Shown: positions 1 to 7,987 of the stretch, piece after piece
Layout of the letters: every line of letters starts with the position of its first letter
How positions within the stretch are numbered: the first letter of the stretch is position 1
Source of the DNA: a virus
Virus record (IMG/VR): IMGVR_UViG_3300047274_000223
Length of the DNA stretch: 64,000 bases
Reading direction: 5' to 3' (one strand)
Position numbers and translations under genes: made by a program
The notes under the pieces: generated by a model
The model's database searches: none
Told to the model about the DNA's origin: nothing
The model's input: only the letters and a program-made list of their open reading frames with translations

Positions 1-1
1 C

Positions 2-277
2 GTTGAAGATTATGTGGTAAGCACTTATGGCAGTCATTATTGTGGCCACGATGATGAGTATTCTGATATTCAAACAATTGATCTCATGGCAGCAAAAGGT
101 CTAGCAGCAGATTTCTGTCAAGCAAATATCCTGAAATATGGATCTCGATATGGTGACAAAGATGGTCACAATAAACGTGATCTTCTCAAAGTGATTCACT
201 ATGCTATGCTTCTACTTCACTTCGATAAACATTATTCTCGCACTAACAACGGTCTTCAGGAGTTTAAATCTGTATGA
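2..277 (+). CDS. DUF3310-like (T7 gp1.7/nucleotide kinase-like) protein, 5' truncated at window edge
   Basis: Frame is open from base 2 (VEDYVVSTY...); FCQANILKYGSRYGDKDG..DLLKVIHYA motif. Confidence 0.6.
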   Translation, partial: VEDYVVSTYGSHYCGHDDEYSDIQTIDLMAAKGLAADFCQANILKYGSRYGDKDGHNKRDLLKVIHYAMLLLHFDKHYSRTNNGLQEFKSV

Positions 278-951
278 GCATTTCTATCAGCACTACCACT
301 ATCGATGCATTGAAGAATTTTCTTTCTATCAATAAATCCATCAATATCAAACCTGGTAATGTTCTTTCTACTCTTTCGGTGAACAAGAACATCATGGCCA
401 GGTACGAGATTGAAGAAGAGTTTCCTAGGGAAGTTCCTATCTACGATCTCTCAGTTTTTATTGGTGCTCTTGGTTTGTGTCAAAGTCCAGAATTGGATTT
501 TACCAATGATACTTGCTTGGTAATCAAAGATTCTGGCACAAAGTCACGCAGTAAGATCTATTACTCTGATGCTGATATGATCCTAAGTGCTCCCGAGAAA
601 GATCTTGAGGTTCCTACTGCTGATGTGAGTTTTACTTTGACGTGGGAGAATCTGTCTCGTTTATCTCGTGCTTCTAGCACTTATGGTGTGCAAGATCTCT
701 GCCTTTATGGTTCCGAGGGTTCTATGCATATGTGTGTGACAGATAAGAAGAATGATACCTCAAACGTATATTCTATTGAACTTGGCGAATCTGATAACGA
801 TTTCTGCTTCTGCTTCAAGATGGAGAATCTGAAACTGATGCCGAACCATACCTATGATGTTTCCATTCATATGGGTAAGGTGGCCTTGTTTAAGTCTACT
901 ACATGCAATCTGAAATACTGGATTGCTCTGGAACCTAATTTGACCAAGTGA
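274..951 (+). CDS. g45: DNA polymerase sliding clamp (gp45)
   Basis: LKNFLSINKSINIKPGN..IYDLSVF..YWIALEP; directly upstream of gp44. Confidence 0.92.
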   Translation: MSISISTTTIDALKNFLSINKSINIKPGNVLSTLSVNKNIMARYEIEEEFPREVPIYDLSVFIGALGLCQSPELDFTNDTCLVIKDSGTKSRSKIYYSDADMILSAPEKDLEVPTADVSFTLTWENLSRLSRASSTYGVQDLCLYGSEGSMHMCVTDKKNDTSNVYSIELGESDNDFCFCFKMENLKLMPNHTYDVSIHMGKVALFKSTTCNLKYWIALEPNLTK

Positions 952-973
952 TAATCTGAGTGGAGGACTTATT

Positions 974-1918
974 ATGAAAGACCATTTTCTTTGGGTTGAA
1001 AAGTATCGTCCTCGTAAAGTTGACGATTGCATTCTTCCACTAAATATTAAAAAAACCTTTAAGGAGTTCGTGGAGAAGGGTGAGATTCCCAATCTCCTTC
1101 TTGCTGGACCTCCTGGTATTGGTAAAACTACTATTGCAAAAGCGATTTGTGAGGAATTAGGAGCAGATTATTATGTCATCAACGGATCTGATGAAGGACG
1201 ATTTTTGGACACGGTACGGAACCAAGCAAAAAACTTTGCTTCGACCTTATCACTTCAAGCAACTGGTAAACACAAAGTCATCATCATCGATGAGGCAGAT
1301 AACACAACCAACGACGTTCAACTCCTTCTACGGGCTAATATTGAGGCGTTTTATAGCAACTGCAGATTCATCTTCACGGCAAACTTCAAAAACAAAATCA
1401 TTGAACCACTTCATTCCCGTTGCTCAGTCATCGACTTCAGTATCCCAGGAAAAGAAAAACCTGCAATCGCAGCAGAGTTCTTCAACCGTGTCAGGTCTGT
1501 ACTTGCGGAAGAGGGTATCGAATATGATGCAAAAGTTGTTGCAGAAGTAATTCATAAACACTTCCCAGATTGGCGTCGAACTCTGAACGAACTTCAACGC
1601 TATTCTTCTAGTGGAACAATCGATAGTGGTATTCTCTCACAAGTATCTGACGTAAGAATCAATGATCTCATTAAACATCTCGCAGAGAAGAACTTCACAG
1701 AGGTACGAAAGTGGGTGGTCTCCAACTTGGATAACGATCCTTCTATCGTTCTTCGCAGGGTGTATGACGCCTGTTATGATGGCCTTTCACCCGCGACTAT
1801 CCCCGCTGCCGTTCTTATTATTGCTAAGTACCAATACCAAAGTGCGTTCGTTGCTGACCAGGAAGTAAATCTTCTTGCTGCCTTAACGGAGATCATGTGT
1901 GAATGTAATTTTAAATGA
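974..1918 (+). CDS. g44: clamp loader large subunit (gp44), AAA+ ATPase
   Basis: LWVEKYRP, Walker A GPPGIGKTT, IIDEAD, SRC motif. Confidence 0.96.
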   Translation: MKDHFLWVEKYRPRKVDDCILPLNIKKTFKEFVEKGEIPNLLLAGPPGIGKTTIAKAICEELGADYYVINGSDEGRFLDTVRNQAKNFASTLSLQATGKHKVIIIDEADNTTNDVQLLLRANIEAFYSNCRFIFTANFKNKIIEPLHSRCSVIDFSIPGKEKPAIAAEFFNRVRSVLAEEGIEYDAKVVAEVIHKHFPDWRRTLNELQRYSSSGTIDSGILSQVSDVRINDLIKHLAEKNFTEVRKWVVSNLDNDPSIVLRRVYDACYDGLSPATIPAAVLIIAKYQYQSAFVADQEVNLLAALTEIMCECNFK

Positions 1919-1926
1919 GGAACTAA

Positions 1927-2217
1927 ATGACTATTAAACTTATTCGTATGTCTTCTGGTGAAGACGTTGTGGCTACAGTATTGGAAGATGAAACCGATTC
2001 CATTAAAATTAAAGATCCTATTGTGATTGTTCCTACTGGTAATAATCAACTTGGATTTGCTCCTTGGTCTCCTGTACTAGATCGTGAAGTTGAGTCTATT
2101 ATCGTTTCAAAACGATTTATTGTATTCATGAGTCAACCAAATGAACCTTGCTCGGAAAATTATAAAGCAATGTTCTCTAACCTTGTAACTCCCCCAGAGA
2201 AAAAACTGATTCTATGA
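1927..2217 (+). CDS. conserved cyanophage small beta-barrel (Sm-like) protein
   Basis: IKLIRMSSGEDVVA..GFAPWSP; resembles the ORF at 11135. Confidence 0.6.
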   Translation: MTIKLIRMSSGEDVVATVLEDETDSIKIKDPIVIVPTGNNQLGFAPWSPVLDREVESIIVSKRFIVFMSQPNEPCSENYKAMFSNLVTPPEKKLIL

Positions 2218-2861
2218 AAACTCTAAATCTTTTTCCAGTAACTCTTCATAAATTTGATAACCCAGATCCAAGGACTGATGAAGTTATCTCTTTGATTGAA
2301 GAGTTTAAACCTGAACAAAGAACTGGTGATTGGGCCCAATGGGAAGAGATGCGAGTTCAGACTACGGATGGAGTTCTTCATACCGAACCAAAATTCAAAT
2401 TTCTAATGGATTGGTTTCGACAGTGTTTGAATGAATATCATGCTTATTATGAACTGGATTGCGATGCTTTAGACATTTCTGTCTGTTGGGGAAACAAATC
2501 TGCACCAGGTAGAATGGCATCTCACCATGTTCATAATCATAATCTTTCTTATGTCAGTGCTGTTTATTACGTCACAAAGGGATCTCCGACTGTGTTCTTA
2601 GATCCATTTGCAAGTAAAGGTGGTATTGCACTAGATATCAACTGGAAGAAAAATAGAGAACTTGAACGGGAAGTTTATCCAGATCCAGGAAGTTTGATTA
2701 TGTTTCCTAGTTGGTTACCTCATTGCTCTAGGCCTCACACAGGAAAGGAATCTAGATATACTATGAGTTTCAATGCCTTGCCAGTTGGCAATGTTCATGC
2801 TAATCTGTATGGGTTCCCGATGGCACACATTACTTTAAATCATTATGCAACTGAATCGTGA
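2214..2861 (+). CDS. 2OG-Fe(II) oxygenase (TIGR02466-like)
   Basis: HHVHNH..LSYVSAVYY..PGSLIMFPSWLPH..RYTMSFN. Confidence 0.85.
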   Translation: MKTLNLFPVTLHKFDNPDPRTDEVISLIEEFKPEQRTGDWAQWEEMRVQTTDGVLHTEPKFKFLMDWFRQCLNEYHAYYELDCDALDISVCWGNKSAPGRMASHHVHNHNLSYVSAVYYVTKGSPTVFLDPFASKGGIALDINWKKNRELEREVYPDPGSLIMFPSWLPHCSRPHTGKESRYTMSFNALPVGNVHANLYGFPMAHITLNHYATES

Positions 2862-3903
2862 AGATGCCATTTATGCTGCCGATAAATTCATAACTTATTA
2901 TACCCAGTTCCAGAGAATTGATGACTATCTTCGTTTTGTTAAACGAGACAGGATGAGTAATCAGTCTGGAACTTTGTTTGGTCCAGAAGATGATATCTTC
3001 TGTAAATTTGATATGCATCCTAATGATATGGATTTCAAAATTCATCAGGTGGATACATCAGCAAAACCAAAGAGTAAATACAATCAAAATTTGTATTCTG
3101 AGGTTCTACATCAGACTGCATCTAATGCTATTGAGGAAGCAATTCCTGGTAGAACTTTGAAGTGGATTGTCACCGAAGAGAATACAAAGAAGATCGTTGG
3201 TGTTGTCCGCTTTGGTTCACCAACTATTAATAGTAAACCTCGTAACGATTATTTCGGTGAAGTCCTTCCTCTCTCTAATATTAACGCTCATTTTGTCATG
3301 GGTTTCAATATTGTTCCTACTCAACCTTTTGGATTCAATTACTTGGGGGGAAAGTTACTGGCTCTTCTAGCATCTTCTACTGAGTTGAAGAAGCAGTTTG
3401 ATGAGAAGTATGGTACTGATCTGAAGTATTTTGAGACAACTTCTCTGTATGGAACTACTAAAGGAGTCTCCATGTACGATGGTCTCAAACCATTTGTTAG
3501 ACACATTGGTGATACCGAAAGTGATTTCTTACCATTGTTTCACGATGATGAGTTTCGGGATTTCTTTTGGTGGTTTAACGAACGTAATGGTGGAGAACGT
3601 TTGGTATCTGCTGATAAGTCTTCCAAGAAACTGAAGATTCAGCAGAAGATGATTTCCATCATTCGTAAGTCTTTGGATGATGAGAACAAACTAAAAGAGT
3701 TTAATGACTGCATTAATCATGCTAAGACTCTGACTGAGAAGAAGAGATACTATCTTGGTGATTTTCGTCATGCTGCTGATGAAGTAATTGCTTGGTGGAA
3801 GAAGAAATCAACTAAGAGGTATGAGAAGTTGAGGAGTGAAGATAGAGTTCGAACTGAACTTGAGTTGTGGAAACCTGGAGTCGAACTGGAGATTATCCGA
3901 TGA
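2845..3903 (+). CDS. DUF4338/DruA-like protein (predicted GNAT/Mom-related fold)
   Basis: GFNYLGGKLLALL..FETTSLYG..SMYDGL motifs recalled from DUF4338 proteins. Confidence 0.55.
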   Translation: MQLNREDAIYAADKFITYYTQFQRIDDYLRFVKRDRMSNQSGTLFGPEDDIFCKFDMHPNDMDFKIHQVDTSAKPKSKYNQNLYSEVLHQTASNAIEEAIPGRTLKWIVTEENTKKIVGVVRFGSPTINSKPRNDYFGEVLPLSNINAHFVMGFNIVPTQPFGFNYLGGKLLALLASSTELKKQFDEKYGTDLKYFETTSLYGTTKGVSMYDGLKPFVRHIGDTESDFLPLFHDDEFRDFFWWFNERNGGERLVSADKSSKKLKIQQKMISIIRKSLDDENKLKEFNDCINHAKTLTEKKRYYLGDFRHAADEVIAWWKKKSTKRYEKLRSEDRVRTELELWKPGVELEIIR

Positions 3904-4286
3904 AGTATGAACTGAAGCATTATCTAAACTCCATCAATTTTGACAAGAACAATTTGATGGATGCTGATGAAGAGGCAATCAAACAGTATCCCTCTTATAT
4001 TATTAACCGCTGCCTCTCTGGTTTTATGGACACAGTTCTGTATGCTAACGAGATGAACATGGCTTCGCATCTAGACAATAAGATGCAATACGACTTTTTT
4101 ATAAATACAATCAGGAAGAGAAAACGTTTCTCACCTTGGTTAAAGAAGGATTCCCTGAAAGACCTTGAGTTGGTTAAGCAATACTATGGTTATAGTAATG
4201 AAAAAGCTAAGACTGCTCTTGGGTTGTTAACCAAAGAACAACTAAAATTTATAGAGTCTAAGCTTAATGTCGGAGGAAAAAAATGA
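3900..4286 (+). CDS. g62: clamp loader small subunit (gp62)
   Basis: YIINRCLS..QYDFFINTIRKRKRFSPW..YYGYSNEKA; ATG at 3900 overlaps the upstream TGA. Confidence 0.93.
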   Translation: MKYELKHYLNSINFDKNNLMDADEEAIKQYPSYIINRCLSGFMDTVLYANEMNMASHLDNKMQYDFFINTIRKRKRFSPWLKKDSLKDLELVKQYYGYSNEKAKTALGLLTKEQLKFIESKLNVGGKK

Positions 4287-4699
4287 GTGAAATTGAAGTT
4301 AAGTGGTCTGAAGAGGACATGGTAGAAGTCCTTCTTAAAGAACCAGATGATTTTCTGAAAGTGCGTGAAACGCTGACTCGTATTGGAGTTGCTTCTCGCA
4401 AGGAAAAGAAACTATATCAATCTTGCCATATTCTTCATAAGAAGGGTAAGTATTACATTGTTCATTTTAAAGAACTGTTCGCACTTGATCGTAAGGATAC
4501 GAACTTTTCTTTGAATGATGTTCAACGTCGCAATCGTATTGTTCAACTCTTATCTGACTGGGGACTGATTACTCTTGTTAATGCAGACTCTATTACTGAT
4601 GCTGCTCCTCTCAATCAGATCAAAGTGATTGCGTATAAAGATAAGGGAGAATGGACTCTAGAATCCAAGTATAATATTGGAAAAAAGAAAGAGGCGTAA
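4283..4699 (+). CDS. regA: translational repressor RegA
   Basis: DDFLKVRETLTRIGVAS..LYQSCHILHKKGKYYIVHFKELF. Confidence 0.96.
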   Translation: MSEIEVKWSEEDMVEVLLKEPDDFLKVRETLTRIGVASRKEKKLYQSCHILHKKGKYYIVHFKELFALDRKDTNFSLNDVQRRNRIVQLLSDWGLITLVNADSITDAAPLNQIKVIAYKDKGEWTLESKYNIGKKKEA

Positions 4700-4726
4700 T
4701 AAATAGAGGGAACCATACCCTCTATT
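4697..4726 (+). promoter_or_regulatory. T4-type late promoter (ATAAATA) overlapping the 5' arm of a hairpin
   Basis: taATAAATAgaggg-aaccata-ccctctatt. Confidence 0.55.
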
Positions 4727-4735
4727 CCCAGACCG

Positions 4736-5110
4736 ATGGCCGATAACAGTAACAATAAGAAGGCACAATGTATGAGTACTATTGTTAGAATTTCAGTTTT
4801 GAGTTGGAGTGCTGCATTACTTACCGCTAGTTATGCTGGTTTACTTTCCAAGATGGATCCAACTTTTATTGCTACAGTCTTTACTGCCGCTGCAGCAACT
4901 TTCGGTGTAGATACACTGAAGAAGAACGAAAAGGATAAGGAAGAAGATGCCAAACCAGATTCCATCCCTGCCACAACAGCAGTTGAACCAATTGTCCAAC
5001 CAGTCTTCGATACCCCAGTTGCAGTCGAGCAACCTGCAGACGCTTCAACCATTGAAGAATCAGTCGCAGACGATACAGCGCCTTCAAGGTACTCTGATAC
5101 CGAGGCTTGA
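4736..5110 (+). CDS. hypothetical membrane protein (2 TM + acidic tail)
   Basis: Hydrophobic IVRISVLSWSAALLTASY and FIATVFTAAAATFGV. Confidence 0.7.
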   Translation: MADNSNNKKAQCMSTIVRISVLSWSAALLTASYAGLLSKMDPTFIATVFTAAAATFGVDTLKKNEKDKEEDAKPDSIPATTAVEPIVQPVFDTPVAVEQPADASTIEESVADDTAPSRYSDTEA

Positions 5111-5858
5111 ACCCCCTGCAGTTGATGCATTGCAAGTCCCTGTTACTCGGGGGCTTGCTTTGCCTGTATTTGAGGCACCTGATTCATCAATCAAGTATCC
5201 AGTTATAAATGTTCCTACACAGGAAGAATTTGATGCAGCCGTAAAAGCAGAGAAAGAAAAGCAGGCAGCGGAAAAAGAAGAGAAGTCTAGAGGTTTGCCA
5301 GATGCTAAGCCACCAGACCTCCCTGCTGCTGTTCAGGCACTCACCCAGACCCCTCCAGTCACCAAGGCAGAGATCCCAGCAGACAATCCTACTATCAACG
5401 TGGCAGGGGTCAAGGTGGACCTCCCAGACCCCTCTCTGGTGGCAACGGCAGGGGCAGTGGCAGTGGTGACGACTGCTTCCACCATGGTCGCAACTACAGC
5501 ATTTAACGCATTAAAGAATGCTGCTGAACCGATCATTAAAGAAGCAACAAAGAAGAAGTTTAAAATTAAGATCAAGCAAGTCAAACCTGTTCTACATTAT
5601 GTCTTAGCAGAAGGGGGACATATTGATATCTTTGAATACTCTGCAGATGGTACTAGACTTGTGGATCAAGTAGAGAACGTGGAGCAATATATTAGAGATC
5701 AAGTTGAGATCAATTCTCTCTATGAACTTGATAACAAGATTATTATTGATGATGTCATAGCAGAGAAATTTACAAAAGAGGGGCAAACGAGGTTTAAGCC
5801 CTTGTTTGCCCCTGCTAAGAAGATCGCTAAGAAATTATCTGCTAAGTTCTCAATCTGA
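4947..5858 (+). CDS. hypothetical Pro-rich protein with one TM segment (start uncertain)
   Basis: 303-codon ORF; VPTQEEFDAAV; hydrophobic LVATAGAVAVVTTAS. Confidence 0.65.
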   Translation: MPNQIPSLPQQQLNQLSNQSSIPQLQSSNLQTLQPLKNQSQTIQRLQGTLIPRLEPPAVDALQVPVTRGLALPVFEAPDSSIKYPVINVPTQEEFDAAVKAEKEKQAAEKEEKSRGLPDAKPPDLPAAVQALTQTPPVTKAEIPADNPTINVAGVKVDLPDPSLVATAGAVAVVTTASTMVATTAFNALKNAAEPIIKEATKKKFKIKIKQVKPVLHYVLAEGGHIDIFEYSADGTRLVDQVENVEQYIRDQVEINSLYELDNKIIIDDVIAEKFTKEGQTRFKPLFAPAKKIAKKLSAKFSI

Positions 5859-5981
5859 AAATTTATCTATAACCCAAGAAAAGATTAATACGGGAAGATA
5901 TACTATCAAGTTGTATAACATGTCAACAAAGATGTTGTCCTTCTCTTCTTTTCTTTTCTCTTTCGCTGGTGCTGAAGTCAT
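5850..5981 (-). CDS. 43-aa small membrane protein
   Basis: Manual translation MTSAPAKEKRKEEKDNIFVDMLYNLIVYLPVLIFSWVIDKFSD; GGGGAG RBS. Confidence 0.55.
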   Translation of the reverse strand: MTSAPAKEKRKEEKDNIFVDMLYNLIVYLPVLIFSWVIDKFSD

Positions 5982-6009
5982 TATAACTCCCCACATAATA
6001 TAGTATATA

Positions 6010-6096
6010 TTAGTTTAGTGTAGCAATATAAAGTTGTGCTTCTTGAAGTCTCCTCTGTTTGAGGATTTGCTGACGGATAACATTCAACCAATTCAT
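6010..6096 (-). CDS. 28-aa peptide resembling the N-terminal part of cyanophage DUF4278-type peptides
   Basis: MNWLNVIRQQILKQRRLQEAQLYIATLN; AAGGAGG RBS; ATGA overlap with upstream ORF. Confidence 0.6.
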   Translation of the reverse strand: MNWLNVIRQQILKQRRLQEAQLYIATLN

Positions 6097-6254
6097 TGTG
6101 TTACCTCCTTGTTATTGTTACAAGGACGATAAGCAACACCACGATATGTATTAGTTGGATGTGCTGGTGCATGTGTTTGTGAATACCAGTGCTGATATTC
6201 TTGCTTTGGTGTTTCAGTATCGTACTTTACACCACGGTAGGTTGCTTGTGACAT
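6093..6254 (-). CDS. DUF4278-family (YRG motif) small protein
   Basis: MSQATYRGVKYD...TNTYRGVAYRP, two YRG motifs; AAGGAG RBS; directly downstream of glutamine aptamers. Confidence 0.8.
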   Translation of the reverse strand: MSQATYRGVKYDTETPKQEYQHWYSQTHAPAHPTNTYRGVAYRPCNNNKEVTQ

Positions 6255-6285
6255 TAGGGTTCTCCTTAAGTGTTAGATTAAAGAG

Positions 6286-6457
6286 CGTTCCTTCAGTCGG
6301 CTTTTGCGTCTATCTTACATTCTTTTCTTGTCATTTGTTTGACCTCCCAGACAATATTATTCTTCTGTTGAAGTGATAGTTCTGGGTGTGTCATCACTCT
6401 ACCAACAATAAATTGTGCTTGGAGACAAGTTAATAAGAGTGCTTCCATAGATGAACG
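6286..6457 (-). ncRNA. glutamine riboswitch aptamer 2 (Downstream-peptide/glnA type) with a 133-nt P2 loop
   Basis: CGTTCA-TCTAT...ATAGA-CGCAAAAG-CCGA-CT-GAAGGAACG. Confidence 0.75.
6293..6448 (-). CDS. 51-aa hypothetical protein nested inside riboswitch aptamer 2
   Basis: MEALLLTCLQAQFIVGRVMTHPELSLQQKNNIVWEVKQMTRKECKIDAKAD; an in-frame upstream ATG at 6490 is also possible. Confidence 0.6.
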   Translation of the reverse strand: MEALLLTCLQAQFIVGRVMTHPELSLQQKNNIVWEVKQMTRKECKIDAKAD

Positions 6458-6460
6458 ATC

Positions 6461-6505
6461 CGTTCCGAGTCGGCTTACTTCCGTCTGCATTATAGCAGAT
6501 GAACG
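6461..6505 (-). ncRNA. glutamine riboswitch aptamer 1 (glnA type)
   Basis: CGTTCA-TCTGC-tataat-GCAGA-CGGAAGTAAG-CCGA-CT-CGGAACG. Confidence 0.8.
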
Positions 6506-6529
6506 TAAAATATATAGTGAAAATCTTTT

Positions 6530-6543
6530 GTAAAATGTGATAC
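6530..6543 (-). promoter_or_regulatory. NtcA binding site (GTA-N8-TAC)
   Basis: GTATCACATTTTAC, about 25-38 nt upstream of aptamer 1, overlapping the expected -35 region. Confidence 0.7.
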
Positions 6544-6547
6544 CAAA

Positions 6548-6718
6548 TTAATGTTTTCTTAGTGTTTGCAAGTATTCTATGACATGCCACCTGATTCCCA
6601 TCAATTCATTGTAGCATTTTTGATCATGTGCTTGTTGTCTTAGATCTGAATCTGGTTTGTAAATACTTTCAATGAATAGGTCTAGACCGTTATTCCATTT
6701 GTCGTCGTTGTTAGTCAC
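6548..6718 (-). CDS. 56-aa hypothetical protein (GTG start)
   Basis: Manual translation MTNNDDKWNNGLDLFIESIYKPDSDLRQQAHDQKCYNELMGIRWHVIEYLQTLRKH. Confidence 0.6.
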   Translation of the reverse strand: MTNNDDKWNNGLDLFIESIYKPDSDLRQQAHDQKCYNELMGIRWHVIEYLQTLRKH

Positions 6719-7031
6719 GCTGTCTCCAGTCCTCGGGTTTGTCTTGAGTGAACCAATCTACCATATCATCGATGTCATCAAATCCACGCTTTCCAAAGCG
6801 TTCGTGCCCAGTTCCACCGATGTCAAGTTGATTTAAGAAATCATCTAGATCACCTTCTTGCATTTCAGGATTCTCTGCCGTTCTTCTTGCTTGTCTAAGA
6901 ATAGTAGCCGCAGATCTATTTGCCTCAGCAAGTTTTTCTGCCCAGATCATGTCTTCGAGTTTTACTTCTTCTCCTTTTACAATGCGTTGACAAATAAACT
7001 CCAAACGTAAACGATACTGGGTAGATAGCAT
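6711..7031 (-). CDS. conserved cyanophage hypothetical protein
   Basis: MLSTQYRLRLEFICQRIVKGEEVKLEDMIWAEKL; minus-strand CTAAATA upstream. Confidence 0.75.
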   Translation of the reverse strand: MLSTQYRLRLEFICQRIVKGEEVKLEDMIWAEKLAEANRSAATILRQARRTAENPEMQEGDLDDFLNQLDIGGTGHERFGKRGFDDIDDMVDWFTQDKPEDWRQRD

Positions 7032-7058
7032 ATTATTATTTGTCGCAATTAAAGTTAT

Positions 7059-7148
7059 TTAGTTGGGATATGCATTGTTCAATCCCCAAAGTATAAACAG
7101 CGCAATGATCCCGAAGATTGTGATTGCGGTAAAAATTGTGTTAGTCAT
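7059..7148 (-). CDS. 29-aa single-TM peptide
   Basis: MTNTIFTAITIFGIIALFILWGLNNAYPN. Confidence 0.55.
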   Translation of the reverse strand: MTNTIFTAITIFGIIALFILWGLNNAYPN

Positions 7149-7390
7149 ATGCGATCATCCCATCCTGTGTGTTGTGCATATTCTGTGTATAGTCTTCTGA
7201 TATCACGATCAACATGATTTAAATCATCGAGAGGTGGTTTGTATCCTTGACTAATTAGATAGTCAATAAATTCATAAATGTGTGGAGTAATCTCTGCTTT
7301 CATTCTGACAAAAGAAGATAAGTAAAAGGCTCTTGCTTGCCATTTTTCGTCTCGTTCTCTCCAGTCACTTGGTCTTGTGTGTGTGATCAT
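7145..7390 (-). CDS. hypothetical protein
   Basis: 81-codon ORF in a tightly packed minus-strand array. Confidence 0.6.
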   Translation of the reverse strand: MITHTRPSDWRERDEKWQARAFYLSSFVRMKAEITPHIYEFIDYLISQGYKPPLDDLNHVDRDIRRLYTEYAQHTGWDDRI

Positions 7391-7499
7391 CCTTCATCTC
7401 CTCGTTTGCTAATCGTAAGATATAGTAGATGATGTATAAAGTGAATATCAATCCACTTCCTAAAATAACCATAACTCCCCATGGAAATTCACTCATCAT
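7365..7499 (-). CDS. 44-aa single-TM peptide
   Basis: MMSEFPWGVMVILGSGLIFTLYIIYYILRLANEEMKDDHTHKTK. Confidence 0.6.
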   Translation of the reverse strand: MMSEFPWGVMVILGSGLIFTLYIIYYILRLANEEMKDDHTHKTK

Positions 7500-7599
7500 C
7501 GTCCTCGTATGTACAAGGTTCCTCAAAGAGTTCATCCATTTTTTGTTTATAAACTCTTTCTCTTAATTCTTGTAGGTCTTCTTCTGTTAAAACAATCAT
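7489..7599 (-). CDS. 36-aa acidic peptide
   Basis: MIVLTEEDLQELRERVYKQKMDELFEEPCTYEDDDE. Confidence 0.55.
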   Translation of the reverse strand: MIVLTEEDLQELRERVYKQKMDELFEEPCTYEDDDE

Positions 7600-7775
7600 T
7601 TGTCCTTAAGTATATCTTCTATTCTTTTACGCATATTTGTACTATCTTGTTTCATATAGTCACGAAGAGAATATCCACGTTGGTTTCTTAGGATACATGT
7701 TCCTTGATAAAACATCGTGGCAGCAAATACTAATAGGAAAGCGATTCCTATTATTTCAGGGTAATGTTCAGCCAT
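7596..7775 (-). CDS. 59-aa single-TM protein
   Basis: MAEHYPEIIGIAFLLVFAATMFYQG... Confidence 0.55.
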   Translation of the reverse strand: MAEHYPEIIGIAFLLVFAATMFYQGTCILRNQRGYSLRDYMKQDSTNMRKRIEDILKDK

Positions 7776-7987
7776 GGTAGAAGTGGAGGAATAACACCAA
7801 TCAGTCGAAGAAGTCCTTCAGCAAATAAAGCAAGGACCACCCAACCAACACACATAGAAATAATGGAAGCATTCCTATTGTGCCTTCGTATAGCAGCATC
7901 AATCATCTCCTGGCACTCTTTCTGTGTCACTAGATGTTCTGGGTCTATTTGATTCATTCGGTGGCTCATGGATTTTAGCAATACCAA
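7751..7987 (-). CDS. conserved cyanophage small membrane protein
   Basis: KECQEMIDAAIRRHNRNASIISMCVGWVVLALFAEGLLRL. Confidence 0.7.
   Translation of the reverse strand: MVLLKSMSHRMNQIDPEHLVTQKECQEMIDAAIRRHNRNASIISMCVGWVVLALFAEGLLRLIGVIPPLLPWLNITLK

Noticed and set aside
4099-4107. TATAAATA inside g62
   Set aside because: May drive late regA transcription but coincides with the conserved FFINT codons; no independent support.
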